Positions 25,360-34,982 of a stretch of DNA of 64,000 bases are shown in pieces. The stretch covers positions 1 to 64,000 of the IMG/VR virus record IMGVR_UViG_3300031787_007614, one strand, 5' to 3'. Position 1 is the stretch's first letter; each line of letters begins with the position of its first letter. The position numbers and the translations under genes were made by a program. The notes below the pieces were generated by a model. It saw nothing but the letters and a program-made list of their open reading frames with translations, had not been told where the DNA came from and searched no databases.

Positions 25360-26016
25360 TTAAGGTTCACGCCAGGTTTCTATTGAAAGAAACTCTTTAG
25401 ACCAAGTTTCTCGATCATATGTGACATCGCCCCATTGGCACGATCCGTGCCATTGGAAACTTTCAAACGCAATTAGATCACCAGGTGACTCCCATTTTAT
25501 GATTTTTCTTACACTGAAATTTCTTGCTTCTTCAGTGTATTGGTCAGAATACGCTGGCAAGATGTTTGGCATATCTGTATATAATGGTTCATTCAAATTG
25601 GCTGGACAACTATAAAATGCAGTACCAGGAGTATGACCGTCTTTCCACCACAAAGGAATTAAAAAAGTAAGACCTTCTTTGAAACCTTTGCTTTTATTTT
25701 CTTTGAGCCAATCGACTCCTCTAATGTCGCTATGTGGCAAAATTGGTGCTGACAAATATCGGATACTGGAATCGTGGATGATAAACTCACCAAAGTCTGT
25801 TTTTAACTGGTTGACTATTTTATGAATAGGACTTCGGGGCAGTTCATAGTGCAACTGACGATCCCAACAACTTGCCCATCCCAGTTTAGATTTTGGATTA
25901 GGATAAGGTCCAGCTGAGTCTAACAATGAATCATTTATTTTTTCATAGTATGATTTTATATCATTGACAACGCTCAATGAAATATACTTTTTTTTGTATA
26001 TAATTTTTTTTTGCAT
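25360..26016 (-). CDS. 2OG-Fe(II) oxygenase-like protein
   Basis: PHSD ... WHGS; AT-rich. Confidence 0.55.
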   Translation of the reverse strand: MQKKIIYKKKYISLSVVNDIKSYYEKINDSLLDSAGPYPNPKSKLGWASCWDRQLHYELPRSPIHKIVNQLKTDFGEFIIHDSSIRYLSAPILPHSDIRGVDWLKENKSKGFKEGLTFLIPLWWKDGHTPGTAFYSCPANLNEPLYTDMPNILPAYSDQYTEEARNFSVRKIIKWESPGDLIAFESFQWHGSCQWGDVTYDRETWSKEFLSIETWREP

Positions 26017-26021
26017 GTTAA

Positions 26022-26426
26022 TTATGGTTTTTGGTAACTACCTGTTTTGTAGTTAGCTTGTCCAATAATAACCCCACGTACTCCGCCCACTGGGTCAGCA
26101 CAGTCACCTGCTCGGCGTGGAATCAAATGCACATGTGGATACATCACAGTTTGACCTGCTTCACGACCCATGTTGATGCCGATATTAAATGCATCACATT
26201 CGCCATTGACAACCATTCTGCGACCATGCAGCATGGCTGATTCAAAACAGTCCATGATTACCGCATCGTTATTGTACTGTGGCACAAACAACAAATGACC
26301 GGGTGTGACAGGATAACGATCACGAAACACAGCCACGTGATAGTCTGACAGTTCTGTCACACGGTCGTCCCAGGGTGCAATATCTTGTTGATATGCAATT
26401 TCTAAATCAGTCATAATAGTTTTCAT
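26022..26426 (-). CDS. HIT family hydrolase
   Basis: D.YPVT.GH.L..P, AGQTV..PHVHLIPR. Confidence 0.92.
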   Translation of the reverse strand: MKTIMTDLEIAYQQDIAPWDDRVTELSDYHVAVFRDRYPVTPGHLLFVPQYNNDAVIMDCFESAMLHGRRMVVNGECDAFNIGINMGREAGQTVMYPHVHLIPRRAGDCADPVGGVRGVIIGQANYKTGSYQKP

Positions 26427-26869
26427 TCAATTGGTAACGGAAAAACTCTTCCAGTCAAGCTGAATCTAGTATGTCCAGATTCTATGCCTTCTACACTATG
26501 ATATCTGCTGGCATGCAATATGTGCCATTGATGTGTTGGAATAACAAAACTGTGTGTTATGGTAGTTTTATCATCTTCAAAAAAATTGGTCCTAACATTG
26601 CTTCCACCAGCGTCAATCAAATACGTTAATTTTACTTCAGTACCAACATCTTTGTGTGCAATGATATCGTTGTTCATAAACTGAAATCCCCAATGCATAG
26701 TGTCACAAATATTTTGCTTGCACCATGTATCTATCTGTTGGGTAAAATCGTCTGACCACTTGTAAGCACCGTTAAGATAGTTGGCCTTAAACGAGTATTG
26801 ATCAAAATTGTAATTGAGGCTGTCTAAAATCTCAACTGGAATTTTAGGCAGATTCAGATATCTAATCAC
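26423..26869 (-). CDS. 2OG-Fe(II) oxygenase-like protein
   Basis: HKD ... YHSV ... R.SL. Confidence 0.6.
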   Translation of the reverse strand: MIRYLNLPKIPVEILDSLNYNFDQYSFKANYLNGAYKWSDDFTQQIDTWCKQNICDTMHWGFQFMNNDIIAHKDVGTEVKLTYLIDAGGSNVRTNFFEDDKTTITHSFVIPTHQWHILHASRYHSVEGIESGHTRFSLTGRVFPLPIE

Positions 26870-27039
26870 TCTTGATCCAAGGCCTCAATAGCATTGTCAT
26901 ATCCACGTTGGAAGTCGTCAGCATCTGCTTCGGCATCTTCCAGTTTCAAATAGGGGTTGAGGCATTTTTCGCCGGCCTTGGCCTGCTCATAGCCTTGTTG
27001 ATAAGGCGCTTGTTCATAAGGAGTGATTTTCTTAGCCAT
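26866..27039 (-). CDS. Small protein, 57 aa, RMF/CrpP-like motif
   Basis: YQQGY..A..G....NPY......F.RGY. Confidence 0.55.
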   Translation of the reverse strand: MAKKITPYEQAPYQQGYEQAKAGEKCLNPYLKLEDAEADADDFQRGYDNAIEALDQE

Positions 27040-27377
27040 TATTCTGCCCTTTCAATTTCAGTTGCTTCACGAACCAACACCAACAGTTCGTCTACAGTGT
27101 CAACGATGATCTTGGAAGTTTTCCAGTTGTCTTCATCGTCCCTACCGCTTACTTCAATCATGTAGCCATTGTCATACATGTTGATGCTAAAGTTTTCGTT
27201 AACTTTGACCAGCTTGTCGCTGAGTTTTTTTACAGACCCTTCAGTCTTTGTTTTTGCTTTTGATTTTGCCATTTGATTTTCCTCTGTAGTAAATGTAGTT
27301 AGTGCTTCAAATTCCAGTTTTAACTCTTCAAGAGCTAATAGTTCTGCTTTGGACACCATTGGTTTTCGTCCGGCCAT
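27039..27377 (-). CDS. Hypothetical protein (alternative start at 27272)
   Basis: YDNG..IEV.G motif; both ATGs have an RBS. Confidence 0.7.
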   Translation of the reverse strand: MAGRKPMVSKAELLALEELKLEFEALTTFTTEENQMAKSKAKTKTEGSVKKLSDKLVKVNENFSINMYDNGYMIEVSGRDDEDNWKTSKIIVDTVDELLVLVREATEIERAE

Positions 27378-27491
27378 TTAGATCTCCTCCAAATGGTATT
27401 GTGAGTAGGGATAGTTCGCTTGCAACCATTCCAACAATCCTTCTTCAACTGGAAATTGAATGTTGCCAGTATAATTAGTAATAATTATCAT
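27378..27491 (-). CDS. Hypothetical protein, 37 aa
   Basis: MIIITNYTGNIQFPVEEGLLEWLQANYP...; fills the gap with ATGA coupling. Confidence 0.5.
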   Translation of the reverse strand: MIIITNYTGNIQFPVEEGLLEWLQANYPYSQYHLEEI

Positions 27492-27898
27492 ACGCAAACT
27501 TCCTCTTTGAGATATCGTTTGAGTTCTTTGTCATTGGGTTCTACAGTATAGTTCTTCTTGAAAAAAATTTCATAACTATCACTGCCGTATTTGCCAATGC
27601 CGTACAAATCGGTAGCATCATCACCATTCCAAGTCATGTAGTCTTGACTCATTTTTTTCAATCTGGTGTATCTTACATTAGCCATACCTAATGGTGCAAT
27701 AATGCTTTTTACAAAATCTTCATCGGCTGCGATCAATGCTTCCGGCGTTGGGAACCAGTATAAAAATTCTGGCAAGGTTGTTTTTACAGATTTGCGGCCT
27801 GTTTGATTCAACATGATCACTCCAACCATGTGTTCCCATGAGTTAGAGATTTGTTGTTGAACCATCAGATCATCTCGTAATGCATGAAAAAATATCAT
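27488..27898 (-). CDS. HhH DNA glycosylase (MBD4/endonuclease III-like)
   Basis: W...V..I.LNQT, PLG....R, LYGIGKYG.DSY.IF. Confidence 0.85.
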   Translation of the reverse strand: MIFFHALRDDLMVQQQISNSWEHMVGVIMLNQTGRKSVKTTLPEFLYWFPTPEALIAADEDFVKSIIAPLGMANVRYTRLKKMSQDYMTWNGDDATDLYGIGKYGSDSYEIFFKKNYTVEPNDKELKRYLKEEVCV

Positions 27899-28587
27899 CG
27901 TGGTGCAAAGTCCTGTTGTAGTTTGATGTTGTCAAAGAATTCTTTTTTTACACTTTGGTCTGATTTAAACGCACCGTGTAAAACTGTTGTTTGGGTGAGA
28001 CTAGAGTGAGCCATGATACCGCGATTCTCACAACAACCATGGGTAGCTTGTATATAAACTGCAACATCCTTGGACCCGGTCGCGAATTCAATTTCGCGAG
28101 CAATATCCATACATAGCTCTTCTTGGAGAGTGCCTCGACGGGCACACCATTGCGCAATCCTGGTATACTTGGATAGACCAATAAGTTTGGGGCCAGCAAT
28201 GATTCCAATATAAGCCACACCCGTAACAGGCTGGTGATGATGCGAACACATGCTCTTAAGCTCTGAACGCACCACAAGCATACCTTCGTATGCTCCGTCC
28301 GTATCGTTTGGGAAAGCCGTAGCATTAGGGCTCGTCTCATAGCGACCAGCCATAATTTCATTGAAGTACATTTTTGCAAGGCGTTGCGCCGTGCCTTGTG
28401 AGTTAGGATCATTTTCCCTGTCAATTAGTAGTGTATCGAGAACTTGTTCAAATGCTTGAGTGGCCTCCATAATCAAATGTTCACGATCTGACTCAGCAAC
28501 ATAATCACTGATGTTGTCACCAGCCCAGAATCTCTTGCCGTCTGCCTTCATGCGTTCGCGAAGGACTTGTGATAGATTTTTTTCCAA
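27895..28587 (-). CDS. folE: GTP cyclohydrolase I
   Basis: SMCSHH, GLSK..R, LQE, H.C...RG; TTG start. Confidence 0.95.
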   Translation of the reverse strand: MEKNLSQVLRERMKADGKRFWAGDNISDYVAESDREHLIMEATQAFEQVLDTLLIDRENDPNSQGTAQRLAKMYFNEIMAGRYETSPNATAFPNDTDGAYEGMLVVRSELKSMCSHHHQPVTGVAYIGIIAGPKLIGLSKYTRIAQWCARRGTLQEELCMDIAREIEFATGSKDVAVYIQATHGCCENRGIMAHSSLTQTTVLHGAFKSDQSVKKEFFDNIKLQQDFAPR

Positions 28588-28594
28588 TTGTTAT

Positions 28595-28621
28595 TCTCCG
28601 AGTTATAAGACGTGGATGTCT
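28595..28621 (-). promoter_or_regulatory. Candidate mini-pseudoknot over the folE RBS
   Basis: AGAC-ATCCAC-GTCT-TATAACTC-GGAG; promoter TTGACA-17-TACAAT at 28630-28658. Confidence 0.35.
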
Positions 28622-28654
28622 ATGTGTTAATTGTAAACTATTTAGATTGACTTG

Positions 28655-29326
28655 TCAATAGATTAATTGATTTGTGACCCATCTAATTAACCTATCTGCT
28701 ATAACTTGATGGCCCAGTTGATTGGGATGGCCACCACTACTGCTAAACAATTCATGTCCTCGTTCCATACTGGTAAATTTCACTCCCAGTATGTCAGCAC
28801 AAGTTACCTTGCCATTCTCATACATGTATCTAGTGTCTACTTCAGACCAAAATTTTATCTTTTGCCAGCCAGCAACAAATAGTGCATTTACCCTGGCTTC
28901 TCTGCAAATTCCTTGCACAGTCAAGATAGCAGTGTTCACAGCATAATCGTGTGCGGCATCGCTAGAAAAATACTTGTAATACAATTCGTTTAGATTGTGT
29001 TCTGTGGGATTGGCATTGGGCACAGCCACTCCGTTGGGTTGCAAATGTACCAGCCGATCATGCCAGGTCATGTGACGTTGTTGAGAAGTCAAAAACACCA
29101 ATACAGTGTACCTATTGTCTGGATTTTCTCTTTCAGTGCGGTACTTGTCTAAAAAGCCTTTGAGTTGCAACACTGTGTGAGGAATGCTGGATCCAGGTAC
29201 TGCAACATTATCCACACTGGTCACATTCAAACGGTCACCAATGATCTGGCCAAATGATTTTTCGCCTGGCTCAAGTTCTGCACCATATGCCCAACTGTCT
29301 CCTAAAATAGCAAGTCTATGAATCAT
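28655..29326 (-). CDS. SGNH/GDSL-like protein, paralog 3
   Basis: LGDSWAYG, N.A.PG, HPN..GH. Confidence 0.75.
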   Translation of the reverse strand: MIHRLAILGDSWAYGAELEPGEKSFGQIIGDRLNVTSVDNVAVPGSSIPHTVLQLKGFLDKYRTERENPDNRYTVLVFLTSQQRHMTWHDRLVHLQPNGVAVPNANPTEHNLNELYYKYFSSDAAHDYAVNTAILTVQGICREARVNALFVAGWQKIKFWSEVDTRYMYENGKVTCADILGVKFTSMERGHELFSSSGGHPNQLGHQVIADRLIRWVTNQLIY

Positions 29327-30317
29327 TCTTATCAAACTCTGTTTCCACGCGGCTGTACCAAGCATCTACGTCTCGTGCATATTCTCTCAACAGATTATAG
29401 TTGTTTTCAATGCGTGTGGACAACTGTTGTTTTAACTCACAACATTGTCCCACAGTCAATTGATCTAGCCTGTGTATTTCTTTCAGCACAGCATGTAATC
29501 TCTGATCTTCATCTGTGATGTTGTCATAACTGTGTGTGACAATGTCATCAAACACATCAAACCCCAGTTTACGCACTTCAGCAACCAGACCAGGAACTGC
29601 AAACCAAATTGGAATTTGTCTCAAGCCAAATGCCTTGAATGTTTTTTCACTGATAAAATGACTGCGCCACACGCCAACATCAGACTGACTGCCAGACTCT
29701 GCAACAATATTGAACATGCAGGTTTTGAACATGCTGTTGGTTTGGTCATGTTCTAGCCCAGTTGATCGTTCCACAATCCCATCCAACAACAGCGGCAATT
29801 CTCTTGGTATAATTTCTCGGTATTCGTTGGTAATGTTATTGGCACCCATGCTACCAAAGCTGAGTCTGACACTAGAGATGTCCGTCAACCCAGCAGCAAG
29901 TCTAGCACGACTTATACTGGGCCTACGAATCAAACACAAAAACTTTGTGTCAATGCCAGTAGCGGCACCAGACGCATCAAGACGATCAAACCAACCGGCA
30001 AAATTTGTTAGAAAAGTAGGTTGCGACAGTGCTTTGTACGAAAGGCCATCAACGTCAACCACAGCGTTGAATACCACCAGGATATCTTCAACTGGTAGTG
30101 TTTGCAAATACGTAATTAGATTGCCGATCACTTTGTCACACTGGCCTTCGGCTCTAAAATCTACTATGAGTTTTTTGCCGTGCAAGTCGGCTCGTGACAT
30201 TCCGCTGGTTGCTAAATCTTGTTCTACTCTAGGACCAGGGTTATCAAGATACCATTGTGCCATGTGCAATGCACCATAATGCACAAGATTGCGTCTTGAA
30301 AAACTAAACCACTTCAT
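29316..30317 (-). CDS. Putative glycosyltransferase, GT10-like paralog 3
   Basis: FNIVAES....ISEKTFK...P......LGFDVFDD...SYD. Confidence 0.6.
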   Translation of the reverse strand: MKWFSFSRRNLVHYGALHMAQWYLDNPGPRVEQDLATSGMSRADLHGKKLIVDFRAEGQCDKVIGNLITYLQTLPVEDILVVFNAVVDVDGLSYKALSQPTFLTNFAGWFDRLDASGAATGIDTKFLCLIRRPSISRARLAAGLTDISSVRLSFGSMGANNITNEYREIIPRELPLLLDGIVERSTGLEHDQTNSMFKTCMFNIVAESGSQSDVGVWRSHFISEKTFKAFGLRQIPIWFAVPGLVAEVRKLGFDVFDDIVTHSYDNITDEDQRLHAVLKEIHRLDQLTVGQCCELKQQLSTRIENNYNLLREYARDVDAWYSRVETEFDKNDS

Positions 30318-30910
30318 TCAACAATCTTGATATTTCTTAGATCAGGATATGGCACATACACAGGTTTAGGATTGTGTTCCTTGACACCTTGTAGCAATGC
30401 CACACCTTGAATGGCATCTTCAATACTGGGCTTGTAGTGATAGCCCACATGAAATGTCTTTTGGTCCTGCCAAGGTGCCACAGTCAAGTCTCTGCCATCA
30501 TAGCGTTGGCGCAATATGGTTTCATATGCTTTTTTATCATCCAACAATATAGCACCACCATGCCCAATAGCCAATGGCTTTGTATGTCCAAAACTCAAAC
30601 ACTGCATGGTGCCTGGCCGATACATATCCTGTTCCAATCTGCGAGCTGAGTCCCAAATTCTAGTGTAAGTGAATTCATACTCGCCTTCCCAATGCTGCCA
30701 GTCAATATCGTGATAGACATAGTGAATGCCTAACTTGTGCATGGTCATAGGAATGCTCAAATAAGTGTAAGGTGTAAACTTACAAGCTCGTACTCGATCA
30801 TATCGCAAGCAAAGTTCAATGGCATGTGTACAGCAATCAGTCATGATTGCATACGGTGCTCCTGTGAACTCTGCTAGTTCTTCTTCAAACTTTTTTATCT
30901 TGTCGAACAT
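30314..30910 (-). CDS. DegT/DnrJ-type PLP aminotransferase (short)
   Basis: FE..LA, T.A..L, DSA, SF...K.L..G.GG. Confidence 0.82.
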   Translation of the reverse strand: MFDKIKKFEEELAEFTGAPYAIMTDCCTHAIELCLRYDRVRACKFTPYTYLSIPMTMHKLGIHYVYHDIDWQHWEGEYEFTYTRIWDSARRLEQDMYRPGTMQCLSFGHTKPLAIGHGGAILLDDKKAYETILRQRYDGRDLTVAPWQDQKTFHVGYHYKPSIEDAIQGVALLQGVKEHNPKPVYVPYPDLRNIKIVE

Positions 30911-31847
30911 ACCAGTTCCATGCGTGTTGAATCATGTCATCTAGCTCATAATGACGCCATGCTCCTGCTATCAAATTAAACTTTTCTGAACTGGCAGTAA
31001 GTACAGGAGGGTCACCGGCTCTACGCTTGCCAACAACAACATTCAATGGTTGTTGTGTTTCATCAAGTGCGGCTTCAATAATGCCGTGATTGCTTGTGCC
31101 CATGCTGGAGCCAAGATTGTAAACGCCCGCAGGGATTTTGTGATATAACGCCAGAACGTGGGCCCGGGCAATATCATCCACATGCACGTAATCACGCACA
31201 CATGTACCATCCTCAGTGGGGAAATCGTTTCCGTTTAACACAAAATCTTTTTGATCCCTTATGCTTTCAAGCACTCTAGCAATAATATGTGTGGCACCAG
31301 GCTCTTGACCATGCCTGCCTTTGGGGTCTGCACCACATGCATTGAAATAGCGAAAACTAACATAGTCAAGACCGTATGCCCGGTGATAGCTTTCCAGCAT
31401 CATGTCAATCATCAGTTTAGATTCGCCATAAGGACTAACAGGTTCGTTGGGATCCACTTCATGTATGGGATTCATGACGGGCTCACCGTATGTGGCTGCT
31501 GAACTTGAAAACACCAATCTACAACGAGGCATGCTTTGTTTAACAATATCCAACAACTTCAATGTTTTGGCCACATTGTTGTTGTAGTATTCTGAAGGGT
31601 TCTGTACTGAAGGCCCCACAAGGCTGGTGCCAGCACAATGAATGATAGCATTGGGTTGCTTTTGTATGATCCAACTCAGTGCTACATCACTTGCAAAGTC
31701 CTGATACAAGAATCCATCGGGCACACCTCTAAGATGTTCAGGAGGCTGTCTGCGATCAATGCCGTATACTTCATGCCCGGCATCTTTCAATGCCAGCATG
31801 GTCTGACCACCAATGTACCCGGCTGATCCAGTTACAATTACAATCAT
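30885..31847 (-). CDS. galE: UDP-glucose 4-epimerase
   Basis: G.AGYIG, SSAA.YG, PYG.SK, RYFN, DGT.VRDY.HV.D. Confidence 0.93.
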   Translation of the reverse strand: MIVIVTGSAGYIGGQTMLALKDAGHEVYGIDRRQPPEHLRGVPDGFLYQDFASDVALSWIIQKQPNAIIHCAGTSLVGPSVQNPSEYYNNNVAKTLKLLDIVKQSMPRCRLVFSSSAATYGEPVMNPIHEVDPNEPVSPYGESKLMIDMMLESYHRAYGLDYVSFRYFNACGADPKGRHGQEPGATHIIARVLESIRDQKDFVLNGNDFPTEDGTCVRDYVHVDDIARAHVLALYHKIPAGVYNLGSSMGTSNHGIIEAALDETQQPLNVVVGKRRAGDPPVLTASSEKFNLIAGAWRHYELDDMIQHAWNWYVRQDKKV

Positions 31848-33058
31848 TTTTCAATCTTTACAACTTGATATTTTTCGTGAGAAGCGTGGTCACGATAGCG
31901 GTTGCCCGCTCTATTCCATTGCTCACCGCTACCACTAATAATATCAATAACGCGATCCACAGTGGCATTGTTCCAATCTGAAATAAGTCCCATGTTGTGG
32001 TGCGGCTCGCGAAGTAGGTTTTGCATTTTGTGATAAGCATCATCTATGCTCCAGGGAATATACAGTCTATTGGGATCGTTCGCGAAGGTTTCAGGAAAAC
32101 TGCGATACGCTGGATATAGCACATTGCATCCAACAGTATCGGCCTCTGATACGGTGTTTGAAACCCAATCTTGTAAAGCACAATTAAACAACACACGAGT
32201 ATTGTTGAGATGACTATAGTATTCATTCTTGCTTATATTGTCGTAGATCTTGAGCTTGCCTTCTGCCTCCATACGGAGGGCACGTTCAATATAGTCTGGA
32301 TTGTTGGATCGGAGAGGTCCGCCACTGTATATTGCAAACTCACACGGTTCGGAGGTAAGCTCACCATACATCTCAATAAGGTCCATGAAGAATCCAGGTT
32401 GTTTTTCCTGATCGAAACGGGCTGCAAAACCCACTCGTCTCGGTCTTTCAGCAAACGGCGTGATATTCTCTGTACCGCCAATTCTTTCCAGAACCTCTGA
32501 TTTTCCAAATGCCAGACCGGAAATGTTGTAGATTGGAGCAGTCCATCCAGCGATGCGCATGTGCGCGACCATTTCTTCATTGGTAGCCAATACTGCACCC
32601 CCCGAGAAAGCCACCATCTCATTGACCATTTGTTCATACAAGTTCATCCACTTTGCCATACCCCACACATGCACAAAGTCATCAGGATCAATGGCCTGTG
32701 CCAAACAACGAACATAAATCTTTGGACATTGTTCTTGTGGAATCTGATTCATGATGTAACCAAGGCTTTCAAAGCCCGGCTGGAACATGTCTTCAAAGTA
32801 GATCACATCGTCACCGGTAACATCGCCGTTCTTCATGAGCTGAACCAAGTTCATCATTTGGCTCATGGCAAAGAAACTGCGTCCGTGTGCGTCTAACACT
32901 TGACCTACTGAGATAGCTTGTGTGTTGTCAATTGTAGTGCCAGGCACATACACAACATCAAGACCTCTGCGGTCAAACACACGTCGATTCCACTCTGTGA
33001 GTTGTAGTGTGTAGCGGGCTTCATAACTTTCCAAGCCCATGTAAAATAGTTTTCTCAT
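31844..33058 (-). CDS. GT-B fold glycosyltransferase
   Basis: R.DQEK, N..SEA...G, YP..RSFPE. Confidence 0.7.
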   Translation of the reverse strand: MRKLFYMGLESYEARYTLQLTEWNRRVFDRRGLDVVYVPGTTIDNTQAISVGQVLDAHGRSFFAMSQMMNLVQLMKNGDVTGDDVIYFEDMFQPGFESLGYIMNQIPQEQCPKIYVRCLAQAIDPDDFVHVWGMAKWMNLYEQMVNEMVAFSGGAVLATNEEMVAHMRIAGWTAPIYNISGLAFGKSEVLERIGGTENITPFAERPRRVGFAARFDQEKQPGFFMDLIEMYGELTSEPCEFAIYSGGPLRSNNPDYIERALRMEAEGKLKIYDNISKNEYYSHLNNTRVLFNCALQDWVSNTVSEADTVGCNVLYPAYRSFPETFANDPNRLYIPWSIDDAYHKMQNLLREPHHNMGLISDWNNATVDRVIDIISGSGEQWNRAGNRYRDHASHEKYQVVKIEK

Positions 33059-33762
33059 TGATGTTCCTGTAAAAATTTTATCACTGTGGGTTTTAAATGT
33101 TCTGCAAACAGTACATTGCCTTTGAAGTTTGGATGAACATTGTTGAACAAATCTTGTGTTTCAAGTTGTTTCCAAAAAAAGAATGTGTCCCACACACTGT
33201 CTACCAAACTTGGTTCTGGATCGATGTTAGGGGTTTCGTGCATGAACCTGTGTATAACTTCAGCACCCCAACAATGATGCATATCAAATTCTGTGCCATC
33301 GTTTAGTATAACACAAACCGACCCATTATTAATAGTCATTCCGGCTTTGTCTGCTAGAAATTTTTGCCAGGAAAGATGTCCTATAGTAATGTTTGGATAA
33401 TTGCAATTAACAATGTCACTGTGTGCTCCAATTAACAACACAGGTTTATTTAAACTGTTGATTTTGTTCAGACAAAATTGATTGCATTCTTCCCAAATAT
33501 CTTTCCAGTCTGAACGCTGAATAAATTCTTTGAAAGTTAACTTAGTTGCATCTTGTAAACACAAAATAGGTTCATTATAGATCCAAATTACAGGTACATT
33601 AGGCGATCGTACCAATCTAATATAACTTCCCAACACACTAGTTCCAGATTGAGCATGGTCATAGAACTCAAACCCCCATTCCTTGGCAAGATTAGTTGTT
33701 GGTACATCCAGCGGCCAACTAGATGCCGCCCAACTTGGTCCAGTGTATGTAAATTTTTTCAT
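33055..33762 (-). CDS. SGNH/GDSL-like protein, paralog 4
   Basis: GPSW, A.SG.S, HPN..G; AT-rich. Confidence 0.55.
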   Translation of the reverse strand: MKKFTYTGPSWAASSWPLDVPTTNLAKEWGFEFYDHAQSGTSVLGSYIRLVRSPNVPVIWIYNEPILCLQDATKLTFKEFIQRSDWKDIWEECNQFCLNKINSLNKPVLLIGAHSDIVNCNYPNITIGHLSWQKFLADKAGMTINNGSVCVILNDGTEFDMHHCWGAEVIHRFMHETPNIDPEPSLVDSVWDTFFFWKQLETQDLFNNVHPNFKGNVLFAEHLKPTVIKFLQEHQ

Positions 33763-33769
33763 CAGCCAC

Positions 33770-33997
33770 TTAGTTACGAAATGCTCCGGCAAAGCGACGA
33801 GTGTCTTCGTCCCACATGTTCTTGGCATTCTTGCCTTGTGAAAACTTGTTGAACTGCTGCCAGGCATAACTCTTAAAGTTATACAAATCGGCTTCGTTGT
33901 AACGATAACCGTAGTCTTGGCAGAACTCCTGGAAGTGCTCAAGATGCTCAAAGAGCTCGGCCACACGTGGGTTAGATTTAATAGCGATTTTTGCCAT
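33770..33997 (-). CDS. Hypothetical protein
   Basis: RBS AGGA; FC..YGY.Y.E..LY. Confidence 0.7.
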   Translation of the reverse strand: MAKIAIKSNPRVAELFEHLEHFQEFCQDYGYRYNEADLYNFKSYAWQQFNKFSQGKNAKNMWDEDTRRFAGAFRN

Positions 33998-34008
33998 TTT
34001 GTTTCCTA

Positions 34009-34452
34009 TTAGATAGCAATGTTAATACTAGGGCGGTGAGTTTCATACTTAATAAGAGCTCCGTTTTCACCATCTTCGGAGACCTCAATCCAGACTGAGC
34101 GTTCTGGATACCGTGCGGCAATTTGCAAATACAAATCGTCTGACATCATTTCACATGACTTGTAGTCGAGTTGGACGGTTCCTGACTCGTAGAGTTTTTG
34201 TAGCCATCGTTTGAACTGGATGAATTCAATGTCTCGATCATTGTGTACAACATCAATCCACACCCGGAAGTGGAAGATATGACGGTGAGGAGTACCAAGG
34301 AAACTAACATCATACTCATCGCCCGTCTTAAGGGCTGGATCTGTTGCGGCTGCGGGGTAGAAGTGGATGCCTTCTTTTTGGAAGGTAACCCAGATTCTTC
34401 TTTGTGCGGCATATTTGATTCTTTCAATTTGTTCACGTTCATCTTGTATCAT
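34009..34452 (-). CDS. Second QueD-like T-fold protein (DpdL-type, putative CDG decarboxylase)
   Basis: H..P, LGTPHRHIF (LxxxHRHxF), RDIEF, SCE, V.EDGE. Confidence 0.72.
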   Translation of the reverse strand: MIQDEREQIERIKYAAQRRIWVTFQKEGIHFYPAAATDPALKTGDEYDVSFLGTPHRHIFHFRVWIDVVHNDRDIEFIQFKRWLQKLYESGTVQLDYKSCEMMSDDLYLQIAARYPERSVWIEVSEDGENGALIKYETHRPSINIAI

Positions 34453-34982
34453 TTGATTACTTCATCCTTTGTGTATTGGTCCCAAGAGGTAAATGTTTTT
34501 CTATCCAGCAAGTCATGCAGGCTGTGACACCATACTCCTGGGTTGGTTGCTTTGAAATCTTTGTCGTCTAGCTTGATAGTGGCATTGTAGCCTAGCAGTT
34601 TAATATAAGGCAGTTTCACTGAAATCATAGGAACAAATTGTGCTTGTTCGCACAAGCTACCTTCGCACAATCCTTCCACAGCACTTGAATCAAGATCCAA
34701 GGTACACCAGTATCCTCGATCCAGCCACGGTTGAATCATCTGTTCCCAGGCAGTCCAGACTCCAGCATCGTTCATAGTGGGGTTTGGAAAACTTTGATTG
34801 GCGCCAAAGTAGATGTGTGTGATTGGATTTTTACTCTTGTGGTCTGACTCACCCAGTTGCCACATGATTTGATCTGCATCTTGCAGTCCGACCACAAACA
34901 ATGTACGGTGACCGGCTACAGGACTGGCCTCAACTTCTGTACCTACAAAGAAATTGGTATCTTCGTGTCCGGGTCTATTCAT
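34449..34982 (-). CDS. Hypothetical protein coupled to the DpdL-like gene
   Basis: G.EVE....G..TLFV, HIYFGAN, K.DD..F..TNPGVW. Confidence 0.75.
   Translation of the reverse strand: MNRPGHEDTNFFVGTEVEASPVAGHRTLFVVGLQDADQIMWQLGESDHKSKNPITHIYFGANQSFPNPTMNDAGVWTAWEQMIQPWLDRGYWCTLDLDSSAVEGLCEGSLCEQAQFVPMISVKLPYIKLLGYNATIKLDDKDFKATNPGVWCHSLHDLLDRKTFTSWDQYTKDEVIK

Noticed and set aside
30314-30910. DegT pseudogene because of short length
   Set aside because: PLP lysine motif intact, no frameshift remnant, coupled to neighbours.
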